Shown one piece after another: positions 26,408-39,163 of a stretch of 64,000 bases of DNA. The notes under the pieces were generated by a model. That model worked only from the letters and a program-made list of their open reading frames with translations. It was not told the origin of the DNA and ran no database searches. The stretch is from positions 1 through 64,000 of the forward strand of contig NGBS01000322.1 of assembly GCA_002245135.1 (NCBI GenBank), read 5' to 3'. The position numbers were made by a program, and so were the translations under genes. This stretch comes from Proteromonas lacertae. Lineage: Eukaryota. Numbering within the stretch: position 1 is the first letter of the stretch; each line of letters starts with the position of its first letter.

Positions 26408-27195
26408 TTGTCTATTGAATAAGAATTAATAATAATAAATACTGCATCTTAACTAATAAGTGAGATATAGATAATTGATTATTTGAATTAATGAAATCAT
26501 TCCAACAAATAACCAATGATTTGTGTAATTTTATTTGCATGTCGTTTTTATAGTGATGTAGAAAGAAATACGAGATTTTGATATACATAATTGATTTAGG
26601 TTATTATAAGTTTTCATATTGTAATGATATTTAAGTAAGCAATCGAATTGAGAGTGAATTAGTTAATTACTCTTGATTGATGGTAATTATATATGTAATT
26701 GCAGTTATTATTATAGATTAAAAATATAATTACTTTATAATCAGCTTAATTTTCGTTCTTAACGAAATATCGTTTGCTCTGTAATATAAGAAGAAAGAAT
26801 GATATTGAAAAGTAGTATTAATATTTACAACATAACTTCAAAGCATTTGTTTTTTATCATAATATAAAAGATTAGAATTATTTCACATTCACTAACTTAT
26901 ATGCAGCAACATCAAATCTGACTTTCTCCAACACTGTAATATTTATGTAAAATTTCTTACTAGAACTCCAATAGTATATTTCAAAGTGACATATCAAATT
27001 ACACATTTAATGATGAAGTAGAATCACATAAAGAAACAATTAGAACCACAGCATATATATAATTAATAATTAATATTCTACTGGATTATTATTTTCATCA
27101 GTTTCTACTACTTCAAAGTAATAATTATATATATCCTCATTAAAATCACTTTTAGGAATACCCAACTCTTCAAAATCAATATAATCTTCATCGAT

Positions 27196-27308
27196 TCCAT
27201 CTATAGAGCTCCCGTAAAGTTAACTCTTGATCTAGAAAGCGACGGACCCCTAGAACACTGTGACATGAGCCATAGTCCCATATATATATGGTGACTACGG
27301 GATTCCTT
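27196..27308 (+). repeat. Diverged relic of the outer ~110 bp of the GC-richer family TIR
   Basis: AGCTCCCGTAAAG...GACCCCTAGAACAC...AGTCCCAT...CTACGGGATTCCT matches the reverse complement of 34418-34541. Confidence 0.85.
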
Positions 27309-28042
27309 TGACGATAAACAAGTTCGGATAAATATGAAGATGATAGGTGAACTATATACAGAGAATGTGCCTGGATAAAACATACTCTGTAGGTATCTCC
27401 AGCCCGACATTGCCAAACGAATAGAACAAAGTACTTAGATTAGCCTAAAAGTTACTTACCATTGTCTTCAGCCTTCGTTATGGCCTTGTTGTTGTGTTGA
27501 CATTGTTTGAGTTAAATAGAGTAGGTGTTGACCTTGGTAGTATAGATGTTATTTACTCTTGCCTCTATCCCTTGAATGAATCCTCCTTGAAGTTGCTTAT
27601 GACTTATAATAATAATGTATAATAAAGAAATTATAGTAAAATAAATTCTATTTATAGCCAGAGAAATAGCACAGTGTTCTATTTCCCTATATTGTTTTTT
27701 CACCATTAGAAACATAATTAGGCAATAATAAATACATCAATCGATTTCTCTATTTATGCTGGGCTCATATATGCCCTTAGTTTGACTTTCTGATCATAAT
27801 CGAAATCTAATTTTCTTAAAAAAATTCAAAAAACAATGATAGATAGGATGGCCACCATACTGTGTTAATATGACAACATATGGTGACCAGCCTATGTAAT
27901 AAAAAAACAAAACAAAAAAAATGGAGTTCAAGCCAAATCACTTTTGAAACGAATCTATTTTTTATTAATCATTTTTGAAAATTATGAAAACAACACTCCC
28001 ACACAAACACAATCTATCATTTGAACCAATTAGGACCAGAGA

Positions 28043-28680
28043 TTAATAATCATTTTGGTACTCTGGCTCCTCATCATCATCATCTACTATATATTGTGAG
28101 AAGTTATCATCATCATCATCTTCCTCTGTAGTACTATCTTCTTGTTTTTGGTTTTTGGTTGAAATGTTTTTTTGATTTATTTTCTTTCTTTTGAATCTTG
28201 GAGTTTTAGATGTACTGCACTTTCTTTTTGTGGATACCACCTTTAACAACTTGTTGTTGTTGTTGTCATCATCATCATTATAATCATCATCATCCAGATT
28301 ATCAAACAACGATGCTATAGAGACTTTACTACTTACCATACTTTCAGCAGTACTTCTGTAAACTATATCTCCTTTCGAATTCTTGTTTTCTTCTTTTTCG
28401 CATTTTGCTAAATCGTTGTCACCGAAATGCATGATATACATACAAGTCAGTTCCACCATGTCCTCCATTGCATGGTCAAGCATACGATCATACTATTGAT
28501 TCAAAATTGAAATATATATTAATTGGATATACGATGCTTTTGTCCAGATCCTCTTTATACATGATATTACATAGCAGGACAGACATCAACACTCTGGACA
28601 TTTTTAATCTTTCATGTCGAACATCAATCTTTTCAATTTCTGTGAATCTTTTGTACCATGTAGTGAAACTCCTCAGGCAT
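28043..28680 (-). pseudogene. Acidic/basic low-complexity hypothetical gene fragment
   Basis: ORF 28043..28483 with broken upstream frame; poly-D tracts and KRKK. Confidence 0.35.
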
Positions 28681-28767
28681 CTTCAAGATGAATAAGCTAA
28701 AGCAACGCCACCTAAGGAACATACAATGTTTAATTAAGATAATCAAGATAAGGAAGTTCTACGATCT

Positions 28768-29737
28768 CTAGCTTACTAACATTCTACTAAGTATCGTTAT
28801 CTTAAGTTCATCGTTGTTGATGGGTTTAATCATGTAGTCCACATAGAGTTGCTTATCGAAGTTGATCCTATACTGAGCCTTGTGCATATCAATGTATAGG
28901 AAGCTATAAGGAGTATGCTCCGTGGCCGTATGATAGAACTCCTTGAAGAGTCTAAAGGGAGTTGCCAAGGTAAGGGACTTATGAAGTAATTGAAGGTTGC
29001 TGCATGATATGTTCTTGAAGGCTAAGCAATAGTCCAGCTGAAGTCTTTGACCAGGAGTAAGGTCTGTAATGTACTGACTACTGATAATCACCTTTGCCTT
29101 GCAATGCCTGTTCTGCTTTAGGAAGGTGATTAGCTGGGGATCTTTCAGGTCATTGCTAACATCATCGAATACAAAGATGTTTTCAGCGCAAGCGCTATTC
29201 TCTTTGTCGGGAGGTGGTAGATCGTGAAGTACATCCTCCAGGTTGTTGGTCTTGTCTTCCTCGTTCACGATTGAGTCAAAGGTGTAGTAGTCGATCTTGT
29301 TGTACTCCAACATCTCCATGATCTTATCGTAGAGCACATCCTTATGGATTGTACCAACAAAGAAGTAGACTCTTTGATTCTTACCCTTGATCAGTATATG
29401 TTGAAGAACATTGTTGATGATTGTTGTCTTACCAGAGTTCTTCTTTGCTAGGAGGAAGATGTTACAGAAGGGTTCATCGAAGTAGTCATAGCCGACAACA
29501 TCCTTCCCGTGACTGGAGGTCTTGACTTTCAAAGGCTTTACTTCTGCCTGGTTGATCTATCTTTAAATGGCCCTTGGATGATCTCGGTAACTTCTCTGGT
29601 AAGTAAGCATCACCATGTACTTCATCATCCCCATCCTCATCCTTGAAGCAATCATCTCCTGATCCTTTCAGTCTTCGCATCTTACTGAGATGAAGATCTC
29701 CAAAGGGTTGCTTTCTCTTATTAACCATAAGCATCAT
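28768..29737 (-). pseudogene. A32-like (FtsK/HerA) genome packaging ATPase, frameshift near N-terminus
   Basis: Walker A AKKNSGKT, Walker B IFVFDDV, NRHCKAKVIISSQ, RLQLD; upstream ORF from ATG 29737 joins by a frameshift at ~29560. Confidence 0.88.
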
Positions 29738-29782
29738 AAGAACTAAGTACACGATCAAGAACTTATCGATAAGGAACTTTAC

Positions 29783-31101
29783 TTATGCTATACAACGAAT
29801 GCCCGAGGTGGTAATCTCAGCTCTTCGTCCAGTGATAAAGTAGAATCGGTGATTCACAGACTTGTGTTCTAGCTCTGAGTTGTAGATCTCAAAGGTGATC
29901 TTTAAATCTCCGTCTAGTCTTCTCCCAGCAATGGTCTCAACATTACCAAGGTTGTCACTACCGAAGTTGAGTAGCTCAAAGAACTTCTCGGTAAAGGGCT
30001 TCTTGTTGAGTTGATCATACCAGCTTCCTCCAATGTACTTCTTAAGCAACTCGTAGCTATCGTAAGTCTCCATGTTCTGATAGTTGGGATTGTAGTTGAA
30101 GTCGTTGATCATCCACTTGAATCTTGCTTTGGAGTCTAAGGTAAGGATACGGTTCTTCATTGTATATGCCTGATAGACGATGGCTTTAATATAAGGACCA
30201 ATAGAGCTGTTGATTGTAAAGGAGTAGTTGAAGTAATCGCCGGTGCTGGTGATGGTGATGCTCTTGTCGTGATAGTCATTAAAGGGAATGGACTTCTCAA
30301 TGCAGGAGACGATAGACTTCTTGTTGCTGTTGAAGTCCTTGTTGTTAAGGCTCTGATGCAAATGTCCTTGATCTCACACTTTGCCTGAAGAGTAACATCC
30401 TCCTTGCTATATTCATACTTATCATCTTCGGTATCGAACTTCGCATCAGTAGCTGTACTCAATCTTCCGAAGTTGGTGATCTCTCCCCATCAGATGCTGA
30501 GAAGTAACTTCTCTCCGAAGAATAGATCAGTGGGATTTGCTAGGACAGTGTTATACATCTCATTGAAAGGAATCTTTACAAGGACTTCCAAGTAGCCGTC
30601 TTTCACTTGAGTATCCCAGAAGGTGTTGTTTACCTTGGAAGTGCATCCATCAGTTCCATTATCTACCGAGGTGAACTCCATACCAGATACCATCAAAGTA
30701 AGTGTGTGTCTATTGACGTGAGTTGTCTTCCTTTGAACTTGCTGCATAAGCCCTCTGTATTGTTCATAAGTGTCAGTTACATAAAGCAAGTTGATTCCAG
30801 CAGCATTGTGTACTCTCAAGGAGGAGATATTGAAGGTGTTGTATAGGAGGATCTTCTCAGCCTTCTTGTTATTGTCAGAATCCTTATAGCCGATGATTAG
30901 ACGATACTCTAAGTAACTCTTGCTAAGGTTAATGCAATTGTCGGTAGCTATCTCGAACATGACCTCTGCGGTTGATCCAGAAGTACCAGCATTGACCGAG
31001 GTGTTGCTCTGGGTAGGGTTGACTTTCACGGGTACGTAAAGTGAATCATAACTCTCGGAGTAAGCTCCTTGTTGAACACTTGCTGGGATGAATGTTGTCA
31101 T
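29783..31101 (-). pseudogene. Major capsid protein-like (putative double jelly-roll), paralog A
   Basis: FEI..DNCINLSKSYL N-terminal motif of Maverick MCP type; in-frame TGA 30490 and frameshift ~30350; C-terminal part strongly similar to 36857..38284; lies between protease and ATPase. Confidence 0.72.
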
Positions 31102-31200
31102 TGCCTTTGGGTAATCTCCTAAGTAAAATTGAACTAGGAAAAGACTTATTACTTAGATTAAGTTAAAGGTTCTCTTGAGCAGTGCCATTTGCTTCTCGCC

Positions 31201-32560
31201 CTAGATAGAGTTGAAGTTAGTTGCCTCCTTGATGGGCAGGTTCCTTCCGAGGATATTGAATAGGAAGTAGATTGCAAAGTAACCACAAGTGTCGGTGTTG
31301 ACCTTCTGGTTCTTGATTCGATTGATCTTGAGTTGATACTTATCCTCAGGATTACCTTTAAGGTGTTGTATCTGCTGGATGAACCACGAATAGTTCTTAG
31401 GGTTCTCTCCAAAGCTATCATAGTAGTAGATTTGCCTTCGATTATCATCCACGACTAAGGCAACCCAATGCCCGATCGCATTCTCAGCACTTGTAGTTGC
31501 AAGGGTATTGAGAATGCATCCCCATCTATTTGTTCCTAAGACTCGAAGGTCTTGCTTAAGTTGATCCCATAAGAAGACTCCAGCGAATTGTCCATTGAAG
31601 TCACTGTACTCTTCCTTGATCAGCCTCTCGATATCGAAGTTGCTTAAGGCATCATCATGGCTAGCAACTTTACCTTCAGCAAAGTACTCATACTTATCCT
31701 CATGCTCCTTATCATCATCATCATCGATGATATCCGAGAGTGGCATCTCCAACATCGAGTTGATTTTCAGCTGTCTAAATAAAGGGTCTGTATCTGCATA
31801 CACTACCGGTTGTTGTTCTTGCTCTTGTCTACTAGGTAATAGGATTGGACTTTGAACTGCTGACTGGGCAATTGGTATTGAAGGAACGTAGGAGTTCACC
31901 TGGTCCTCCATTATCGAATAGCTGCCTCCTTGAACTTTACCTAGACCTTTGAAGCCATTGAAGAGATTCCCGATGATTCCTCCCATACCATTACCTAGTC
32001 CTCCTCCTACATTGAGTTCAATGATCTCGTTAACCATTGCATCGTTAAGTGTTGTATCGGGACCTTTGTACTGAGTCTCTAGCCATCGGAAGAAGTCATC
32101 GTTAGGAGTGTTGTTGTAATTGTCATTGAGTTTATCAACAGCCTTATCAATCAACTGAACTACTGGGTGGTTCTCATCATAGCCAGCGGCCTTAGCAAAA
32201 GACTTAAACTGTTCCTTGTTGCCTTGAACGAACTTAAGGAACTCTCCAGCTAATGTCTGATGATCTGTTTGAAACAACCTTCCTATACCTGGGATGGAAC
32301 GTAGGAGACTTCCTACGATAGGGATCTGTCCTATTCTACTTCCGAAGGTTGAGATTAATCCAACCATTCCAAGGATGGCTCCGATGGCACCTCCTATCTT
32401 CATTCCACGGTCTGTTATTCCTGATTGATTCTGGGTAAGTGAGTTACTAGTATTCCCAAAGGTGTTGATCATCCTGGAGACATCTTGTTGTTTTACGTTT
32501 GTCTTTAAGCTTCTTGAGTATCTCAGGATGCTGCTTAAGCATTGCTTTGGTTCTAGCCAT
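31201..32560 (-). pseudogene. Adenain/Ulp1-like cysteine protease with long N-terminal extension
   Basis: CILNT...GHWVAL...YYYDSFG...NQKVNTDTCGYF (H, D, Q, C intact); ORF 31201..32472; probable true start ATG 32560 (MARTK) separated by a 1-nt frameshift. Confidence 0.88.
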
Positions 32561-32627
32561 TGAAATTCCCTTTAAGAAAATGCCTTATACAATCTCCTAG
32601 TATTTACTTTCCCGAGTGATTCTTACT

Positions 32628-33265
32628 ATGGAATATCTCTTGTCCGATAACATCAGTAGCCGATCCTTGTTGATCTCCAACCTCACTTGTCTAGTCGATA
32701 GTTACCAAGAGTGCACTGGAGCTTCATGGAACTTTACTTCCTTTGATTTTGTCACCATCCTTTCATCCGTACTACAAAACAAAACATCACTGTGAAGACT
32801 GATGGAAGCAGCAACAATAGTATGATCGATATGATTATCAACTATGGGATGACCGTCTTGTTAGCAATTGTCCTTACAGGTGTTGGCTATATCCTTAAGA
32901 AGCTAGGAGTGATCAAGAACATGTCCGACATCACTGAGATCAAGAACATGGTATTAACTTAACGAAGGCAAAGTACTGTCCTTGAGAGTGACTTAGAGGA
33001 TATCAAGAAGACTTTACTGGGTAATTCTGTAAGAAGTAGTGGTAACTCTCCTAGCAATGGAGCTCCGATGATGTTGCTAGGCTCTTCAACTTCAACCATT
33101 GACAGTACTACTTCTCCTATCATTCCAGAGACAATCCCTGAGGGAACTGATGTTGAGTCCCTTGAAATAAGCATCAGTGATAATGAGTCCGGCAAAGTAC
33201 TTCCCAAGAAGATTGATATCTCCGATGGAAACTTACTTGACCCCAGCAATAGCATAGAATTCTAG
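32628..33265 (+). pseudogene. Single-TM membrane protein
   Basis: ATG 32628; one frameshift (~32745); TM YGMTVLLAIVLTGVGYIL-KK; in-frame TAA 32960; continues into ORF 33068..33265. Confidence 0.55.
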
Positions 33266-33281
33266 CTTAAGTCCTTTAATT

Positions 33282-33966
33282 TTATCGTATATTGTATCTC
33301 TTGATGACCTTACGGTTCCTTGTTATACCAGCATCTTCATTTACCTTGAGGAGTTCATTTGGCTTATAGCACTTATCGGAGATGTCCTTGACCGGATTCA
33401 TGTTAACATCTCCGAGTATAAAGGAGTAGGTGTTCTTTGCGATGATCCGATAGATGACGTCGGAGTAGAATAAGGCCTTCTCTATCTTGCTTACTCGACC
33501 TTCCTTAGCTCTTACGAAGTACCAGTAGAAGTACTGCTGGTCATCTTCTTTGTAGAAGACTTCATTGGGAATGAACCAGGATAAGGATGCCTTCGGTTTA
33601 TTGTTGTACTGATCAACGACTTCATCGATAAGTAGGTTGAATTGTCTTACATTCAGAGCTCCTCGGGAGTGGAAGTCAACATCAGCTATTCTCTTGCAAA
33701 GCAATCTCTTGACCTCAGAGACTGAATGATCAAGGAAGCTCATTACATGATGCTCATCTACGTCCTTAACGATGTACTGTATCTGGTGTTGTATAAGCTC
33801 CTCTTGAAACAAGTTGCATAAGAAGGCTCCTTCCTTGTCTGTTAAGATCGTTGATACATTGCGGCTATGTCAAGACTATCCTCGTTGGAGTATTGATGAG
33901 TGTTGGGATTGTAGGTATGGATAGGCATCTTACTTTGACCTTGGAATTAACAAACTGGAATGCCAT
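33282..33966 (-). pseudogene. Diverged rve integrase of the GC-richer family, N-terminal part apparently deleted
   Basis: ILTDKEGAF, HHVMSFLDHSVSEVK, VVDQYNNKPKASLSWFIPNEVF, YSDVIYRI, YKPNELLKV align with the 2187..3346 integrase. Confidence 0.75.
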
Positions 33967-33981
33967 TCTTGGAGCTTCCTA

Positions 33982-34543
33982 AACGTAGAAACCCCGTAGT
34001 TTCTACGATCTAGCAGTCTCATTTTTCCCGGACAATTGTTGAGCATTGGAACACTTTACCTAGTTAAATTATAAGGTCATTGTAACTTACCTCTAGGAAG
34101 CTCCCGAGATTGCTAATCATTATCTTTAAGGGCCCTTGAGAAATCCACAACTAGCTAGAACCTCCCGGAGTTACCATTTGGTAACTTGTTAACAATTGTT
34201 AACTTGTTACCAATTGGTAACAAGTTAACAATTGTAAACTCCCTGTTCCACGATTGGTTTCCACGGTTCAATTAAAAGCCCTTACAAGGTCACCAGCGTA
34301 GCAAGGAGAGTCAAGAGCGTGATTAGAATCATCACCTCGAGGTAACCAACACTTCTAGATAGCTTCCAGGAGTAACCGTAGGGAAGAAGACCCTGTTGAG
34401 AAGTAGACCCTGTTAGGAGGAATCCCGTAGGAACCTTACGTAAATGGGACTCTGTGACATTGTCACAGAGTTCTAACGAGTGTTCTAGGGGTCTGTCCCC
34501 TTCTAGATTCAGAGTTGACCTTTACGGGAGCTTCATCGATGCA
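33982..34543 (-). repeat. Terminal inverted repeat of GC-richer element (~560 bp)
   Basis: 33982-34463 is a near-identical reverse complement of 39176-39605; outer part matches 27196-27308. Confidence 0.93.
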
Positions 34544-35044
34544 TAAAAATATTAAGTATAGTAAATACTCAAATACAAATAAACATAATCAACAATTATA
34601 ACAATGATTTGTTTTCAAATTATTTCACCACTCGACTCTTCTGTAATTTGAATCTCACATCAAATAATCTCATATCCTCTTTTATTCTCAAATTATATAT
34701 GTATGTTTTTATTATTACATTCTGTGTTATATATAATAACATTACTGTTGAAATAATCCAATGAGCAAATTTGTGAGAACTTTAACATCTTCAAATATTT
34801 TATTTTATTTATATTTAATGTTTTAAGTATTGTGCCATTTTATTTAGATTCTACAACTGAATCTACTTAATTAACAAATACTTTTGTACTAGCTGGCAAA
34901 AGTGAAATTAATTCATTTAGAAATTTAGTCGTTACATAATTCATTTTTCTCTCCTTTTTCATAGAATATACTATGAATGCGAAGTTTATCTTTCATTTTG
35001 TTATATATACACTGCAAAATAAACTACACTTATTTTTCATTTAT

Positions 35045-35722
35045 CTATAAAATTACAACCCAAAACAACAACTGCACGAGAAAAACGAAAAATTCGATAT
35101 ATAAAAATCGATATATACGGGTTTGACTGTAACTCATATAACATTCATCACGTGCGATATCATTAATGCTATCAAGAGATAGATTGCTATTACTATTACT
35201 TTCTCTATTATTTAGAGAATAAAGTGTATTATAATTACTATTTATTACTTTTGATGTGTTTTTAATAAGTGTCTTAGATGGGATTATCTTCTTGACTTGT
35301 TCATTTAGATTAATTATCTTCTTTAATTGTTGTTGAATGTTTTGTTGGTTTTCTATAATCCTTTTTTGACCCATAGTCCTCTTCTCTTTGTTATTATAAC
35401 TTCTAATGAATGATGATGATGAGAATGGAGGTAAATTGTTCTCATCTATTGCGAATTCTTTACTTAAGTCTCTAAACCATAAGCCTTTTTTAAGCCTTTC
35501 TTTTACATCGCATTGATACTCTGGATCAATGTATTGTAGTATATATCTAATTTCGTTGTATGTGAGTTCAGACTTCATACCAGAGATGTAATTATAAAGT
35601 TTAGTTCGAGTGGGAGATCTAATTTTACCATCATTTCTGAAACATCGCATTATTATATGCTTATCTAAGTTATTCAAACATAGATTAACCTTTTTAGATT
35701 GCTTAGAATTTTCTACGCTCAT
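35045..35722 (-). CDS. Hypothetical protein (AT-rich)
   Basis: Open ORF, divergent from the minor capsid gene; no recognised domain. Confidence 0.4.
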   Translation of the reverse strand: MSVENSKQSKKVNLCLNNLDKHIIMRCFRNDGKIRSPTRTKLYNYISGMKSELTYNEIRYILQYIDPEYQCDVKERLKKGLWFRDLSKEFAIDENNLPPFSSSSFIRSYNNKEKRTMGQKRIIENQQNIQQQLKKIINLNEQVKKIIPSKTLIKNTSKVINSNYNTLYSLNNRESNSNSNLSLDSINDIARDECYMSYSQTRIYRFLYIEFFVFLVQLLFWVVIL

Positions 35723-35830
35723 TGTATAAACAGAAATTAAAAATATTAAATTGTGCAAAAATACTTATAATATTAATAATGCTTATTTTGCTTATTTCTT
35801 CAATTTCAGTTACACACTTATAAAAAACAA

Positions 35831-36820
35831 ATGATTTTTTATGAATATCGTACTTATTACCTTAATTCTGATATGGTATCTTCTGCTAATCAGTTTTCTA
35901 CTAAGTATAAAAAAGTTTTGCATTCACCTGCATTCGATGAAGATTATTCTGACATTTCATTGAAAGACTTTGTTATTCCTAATAGTTTTCCTACTATACA
36001 AGAGGATACTAATGACACTTTCAGTATATCCATAGATTTACATGTTAATCCAAGTTATGAATCTTATAAATTTGATAGAGATGAATTATATAAAGGAGTT
36101 AAAATACCAGAAGGTTTTTATACTCAAGATCAAATACTTAAGATTATTAACAATGTATTCAAAGATATTACATTAAAAGATTTTATGCCTTATAATGAAG
36201 AAGTATTATCAGAGGATGATAAGAATATGCAAATGTTTATAGGTGATGTATTTGAAATAGATGATAAAGATGATTTTCAAACTAATCACTTACAAATAGT
36301 TGGTAAAACAACAGTCTTATATGATCCTGTTAGAAGTAGTGGTAAATATAGTTATCCAATATGTTGGATTAAAACTATTAAAATAGTTACTAAAGATTTA
36401 GCATATAAATATTTTGGTAAATCAACGAAAGGTTATTTTGATTGTTATAATCCAGAAGGTAATATTAAATTTGAATCAGGTATGATTAAAGATAATAAAG
36501 AAAGATATATTGAAAGACAATTACCATTAGTTCAATTACCTTTCAGACCTACTTTAATATGGGTTACTTCCATTACTATTAGAATGGATATAGTAAATAT
36601 AGATCAAGATAGCCATGTTTTAGATACTATTCCAATAAAAAATCCTGAATCAAGTTTAATCATTTATCAGAATTATGATATTTTTAATACTAGCAAATAG
36701 TTTAATAATACTTATAGTAATGGTCAGATCATTTTGCAGATTACACAGCAAAATGGTTATGAGTTGAATTTAGATAATATAGAGTTTTGTATGAGTATTG
36801 TTGTTTTTAAAAGAACTTAA
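35831..36820 (+). pseudogene. Minor capsid (penton-like) protein, AT-rich family
   Basis: IPNSFP...ND.F...IPEGFY motif; homologous to 43336..44298 through and beyond an in-frame TAG at 36698; directly upstream of MCP-like gene. Confidence 0.7.
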
Positions 36821-36856
36821 TTAATTTCTTTTTAATCTATTATTTCTTTGCTTAAT

Positions 36857-38284
36857 ATGTCTTTATCTATTCCTAAAGAACAAAAACATGGTGTAGAGAC
36901 ACCTGTTATGCTTCCTTTTTATCAGTATGTAAAATTAAGTCCAGTTGGTTCAGCAAGTGATTGGACTATAAATGGAGATACATATACTCAAGAAAAAAAG
37001 TTTGAATTAAGCGGAGATAACATTATTAACTTGTCTAAGTCTTACATTCAGTATGATCTTGTTATTAGAACTACGCCAATTAAAAGTAGTGTAACAGGAT
37101 GGACTGGTGATAAAACTAGTGATAAAGATAGTTATCCTAATTTTATTAAAGGATTAAAAGATGGTTTTGGTATTGCTTCATTCAGAATATGCAATCAGAC
37201 AGGTACAGATTTAGTTAGAGTTGATGATAGTTATGAACCATATCGTATATTTATGGATGAAATTGTTCGTAAGACACCAGATCAGTATTATCAAGCAAAT
37301 TATTATGATGGCATACAGTTAAAATGGAATAATAATGTAAAAGATAAAGTTGTTCAAGATGAAGCTGAGTTTGTAATACCATATAATAAAAATATTAAAA
37401 TAGCAGATTCTGACAATAGTCATTATACATATGATAATGAGCCAGAATTTAGATTACATGTTAAAATACCTTTAGGAAGATTTTATAATACATTTGCTGC
37501 AATGAAAAGCGATGTATTCTTTGCAGAACGTATGTATATATGTATTAAATTCCAAACTATTGATAAATTTGGTCCATTTAAATCTTATGCTCTTAAAGGT
37601 GCTTATAAAACAGCTGACGATACTTTAGATAATGCATGTACTTTTAGCACACCAGAAGTTGTTGAAAATAACATAAAAATAGAAAATATGAGATTTTATG
37701 CATATTATAATAAGGATAGTCAATTCAATAACAATACTAAAAACTATTGTTTATCTAAACCAATACAATTCAATGATTTTAGATGTCATCAAGTTTCTTA
37801 TAGTTCTCCTAATGGAATATTCAATTATAGTTTTACATTGAATAGTTCTAATGGACCATTTTAAAGATTTATTATTTATAGACCATGGGATGAAGACGAT
37901 AGTAAATGGTTACGTATACCAGAAAATGCACAATTTAGATGGATGATAAACGACTTTGTTCATTAACCAGATTATGCTTTAATGCAATATTATGATAGTT
38001 ATATGATGGTACAAGATTATTTTAAAGACTCTTGGTATGATGTTTTCAGACAAGATAAAAGTTTCAATGAGAAATTTTTTGAAATTTTAAACTTTGGTTC
38101 AAGAGATTTAGATAATATTAAGAATCAAGCAGGTAGACCTTTAGCTGCTGATTTAAAAATTACTTTTGGAATTAGTTGTCCTGGAGATCTAGCATTTATA
38201 ACACATAGAATATATCATAAATTTTATATTATTACAGGTAGATTATGTACTATTAATGGAAGTGGTATTGTTAGTGTTGTTTAA
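36857..38284 (+). pseudogene. Major capsid protein-like, AT-rich family
   Basis: FELSGDNIINLSKSYI; single frame with TAA at 37862 and 37964; similar to 29783..31101 and 44350..44865. Confidence 0.75.
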
Positions 38285-38286
38285 AT

Positions 38287-39163
38287 CAGGGTTGTATAAA
38301 TCGGTCATGACCGACGGAGAAAACCGATCGGTCGTAGGTCAATAAACAAATGCTGACCGACACCAGGCTGTAGTAACTATTAGCTGACCTCCTCCTAAAC
38401 ATGTGATATTAATAATATTATCTAACTGTACATATTGAATTCAAGCTCTATACATCATTCTATAAAATACCGAATTAACAGTCGGTCGATGCGCTTTTTT
38501 CTTTCTTCATAATTGAATCTAACCTTACCAATGAGTTATTCTATTGTGTTATATATGTAATATAAAGTACAGAATGATTATAAAAATTTGAAAGAAAAAA
38601 TGGCAAACTTTTAGCTTGACATTAATCATTTCTTAAAATTATCATAAATGTATCTAATATAATCTATCATTATATATTCTAGGAGTATAGTTTTACCAAT
38701 TGGAGCGGCTCGTGAAGTTATTGCCTTAAAAGAGGCAAATATGCTTAAACATCTTAATTTTAACTTTTACAAAACCTTTGGTATAATATGTTAAAGATAA
38801 AAAGCCTTGATGAATGCATTTGCAGTAAAAAGAAAGAGATTAATTATGCCAAATGAAGTACAAGAATATTTGCAATATGATATTCATTACAGCACCTCTG
38901 AAACCATTGGAAATATCTGGCTATCATTAAAGTCCAATTTTCCTAGGGTATACATACTTGCCAAGAACAGTTTAAACAGTCTAGCAATATCTTCAGAGCC
39001 AAAAAGAATATTTTCCGAGGCTGGACAAATAAGTAACTTATTCAAATCAAATTTATCATGTGATAGATTACAAATGAAACTGATGATTAGTAGAAATAAA
39101 TAAGAACATAATTATATAAAATACCTAATTATTGTTGAGTATTAAATTGTAATTCTTTATAAA
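38287..39163. mobile_element. Second, truncated copy of the non-autonomous hAT element (inverted relative to 3385..4470)
   Basis: Starts CAGGGTTGTATAAATCGG; near-identical reverse complement of ~3595-4470 including ORF 38807..39103; cut by the viral TIR. Confidence 0.95.

Larger units (their letters stand above)
28690..34543 (-). mobile_element. GC-richer Polinton/Maverick-like virus, arm A (TIR-integrase-membrane protein-protease-capsid-ATPase)
   Basis: Gene content, uniform codon style (AAG, ATC, TTC rich), TIR at 33982-34543 ending ...GATGCA. Confidence 0.85.

Noticed and set aside
27196..34543. One intact TIR-bounded element
   Set aside because: Left repeat is only ~110 bp and diverged, unrelated AT-rich DNA lies inside, and flanks (ATCGAT vs TAAAAA) show no target duplication
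35045..35722. Integrase zinc-binding-like similarity (RTKLYNYI...TYNEIRYIL)
   Set aside because: His/Cys ligands absent; resemblance too weak to call
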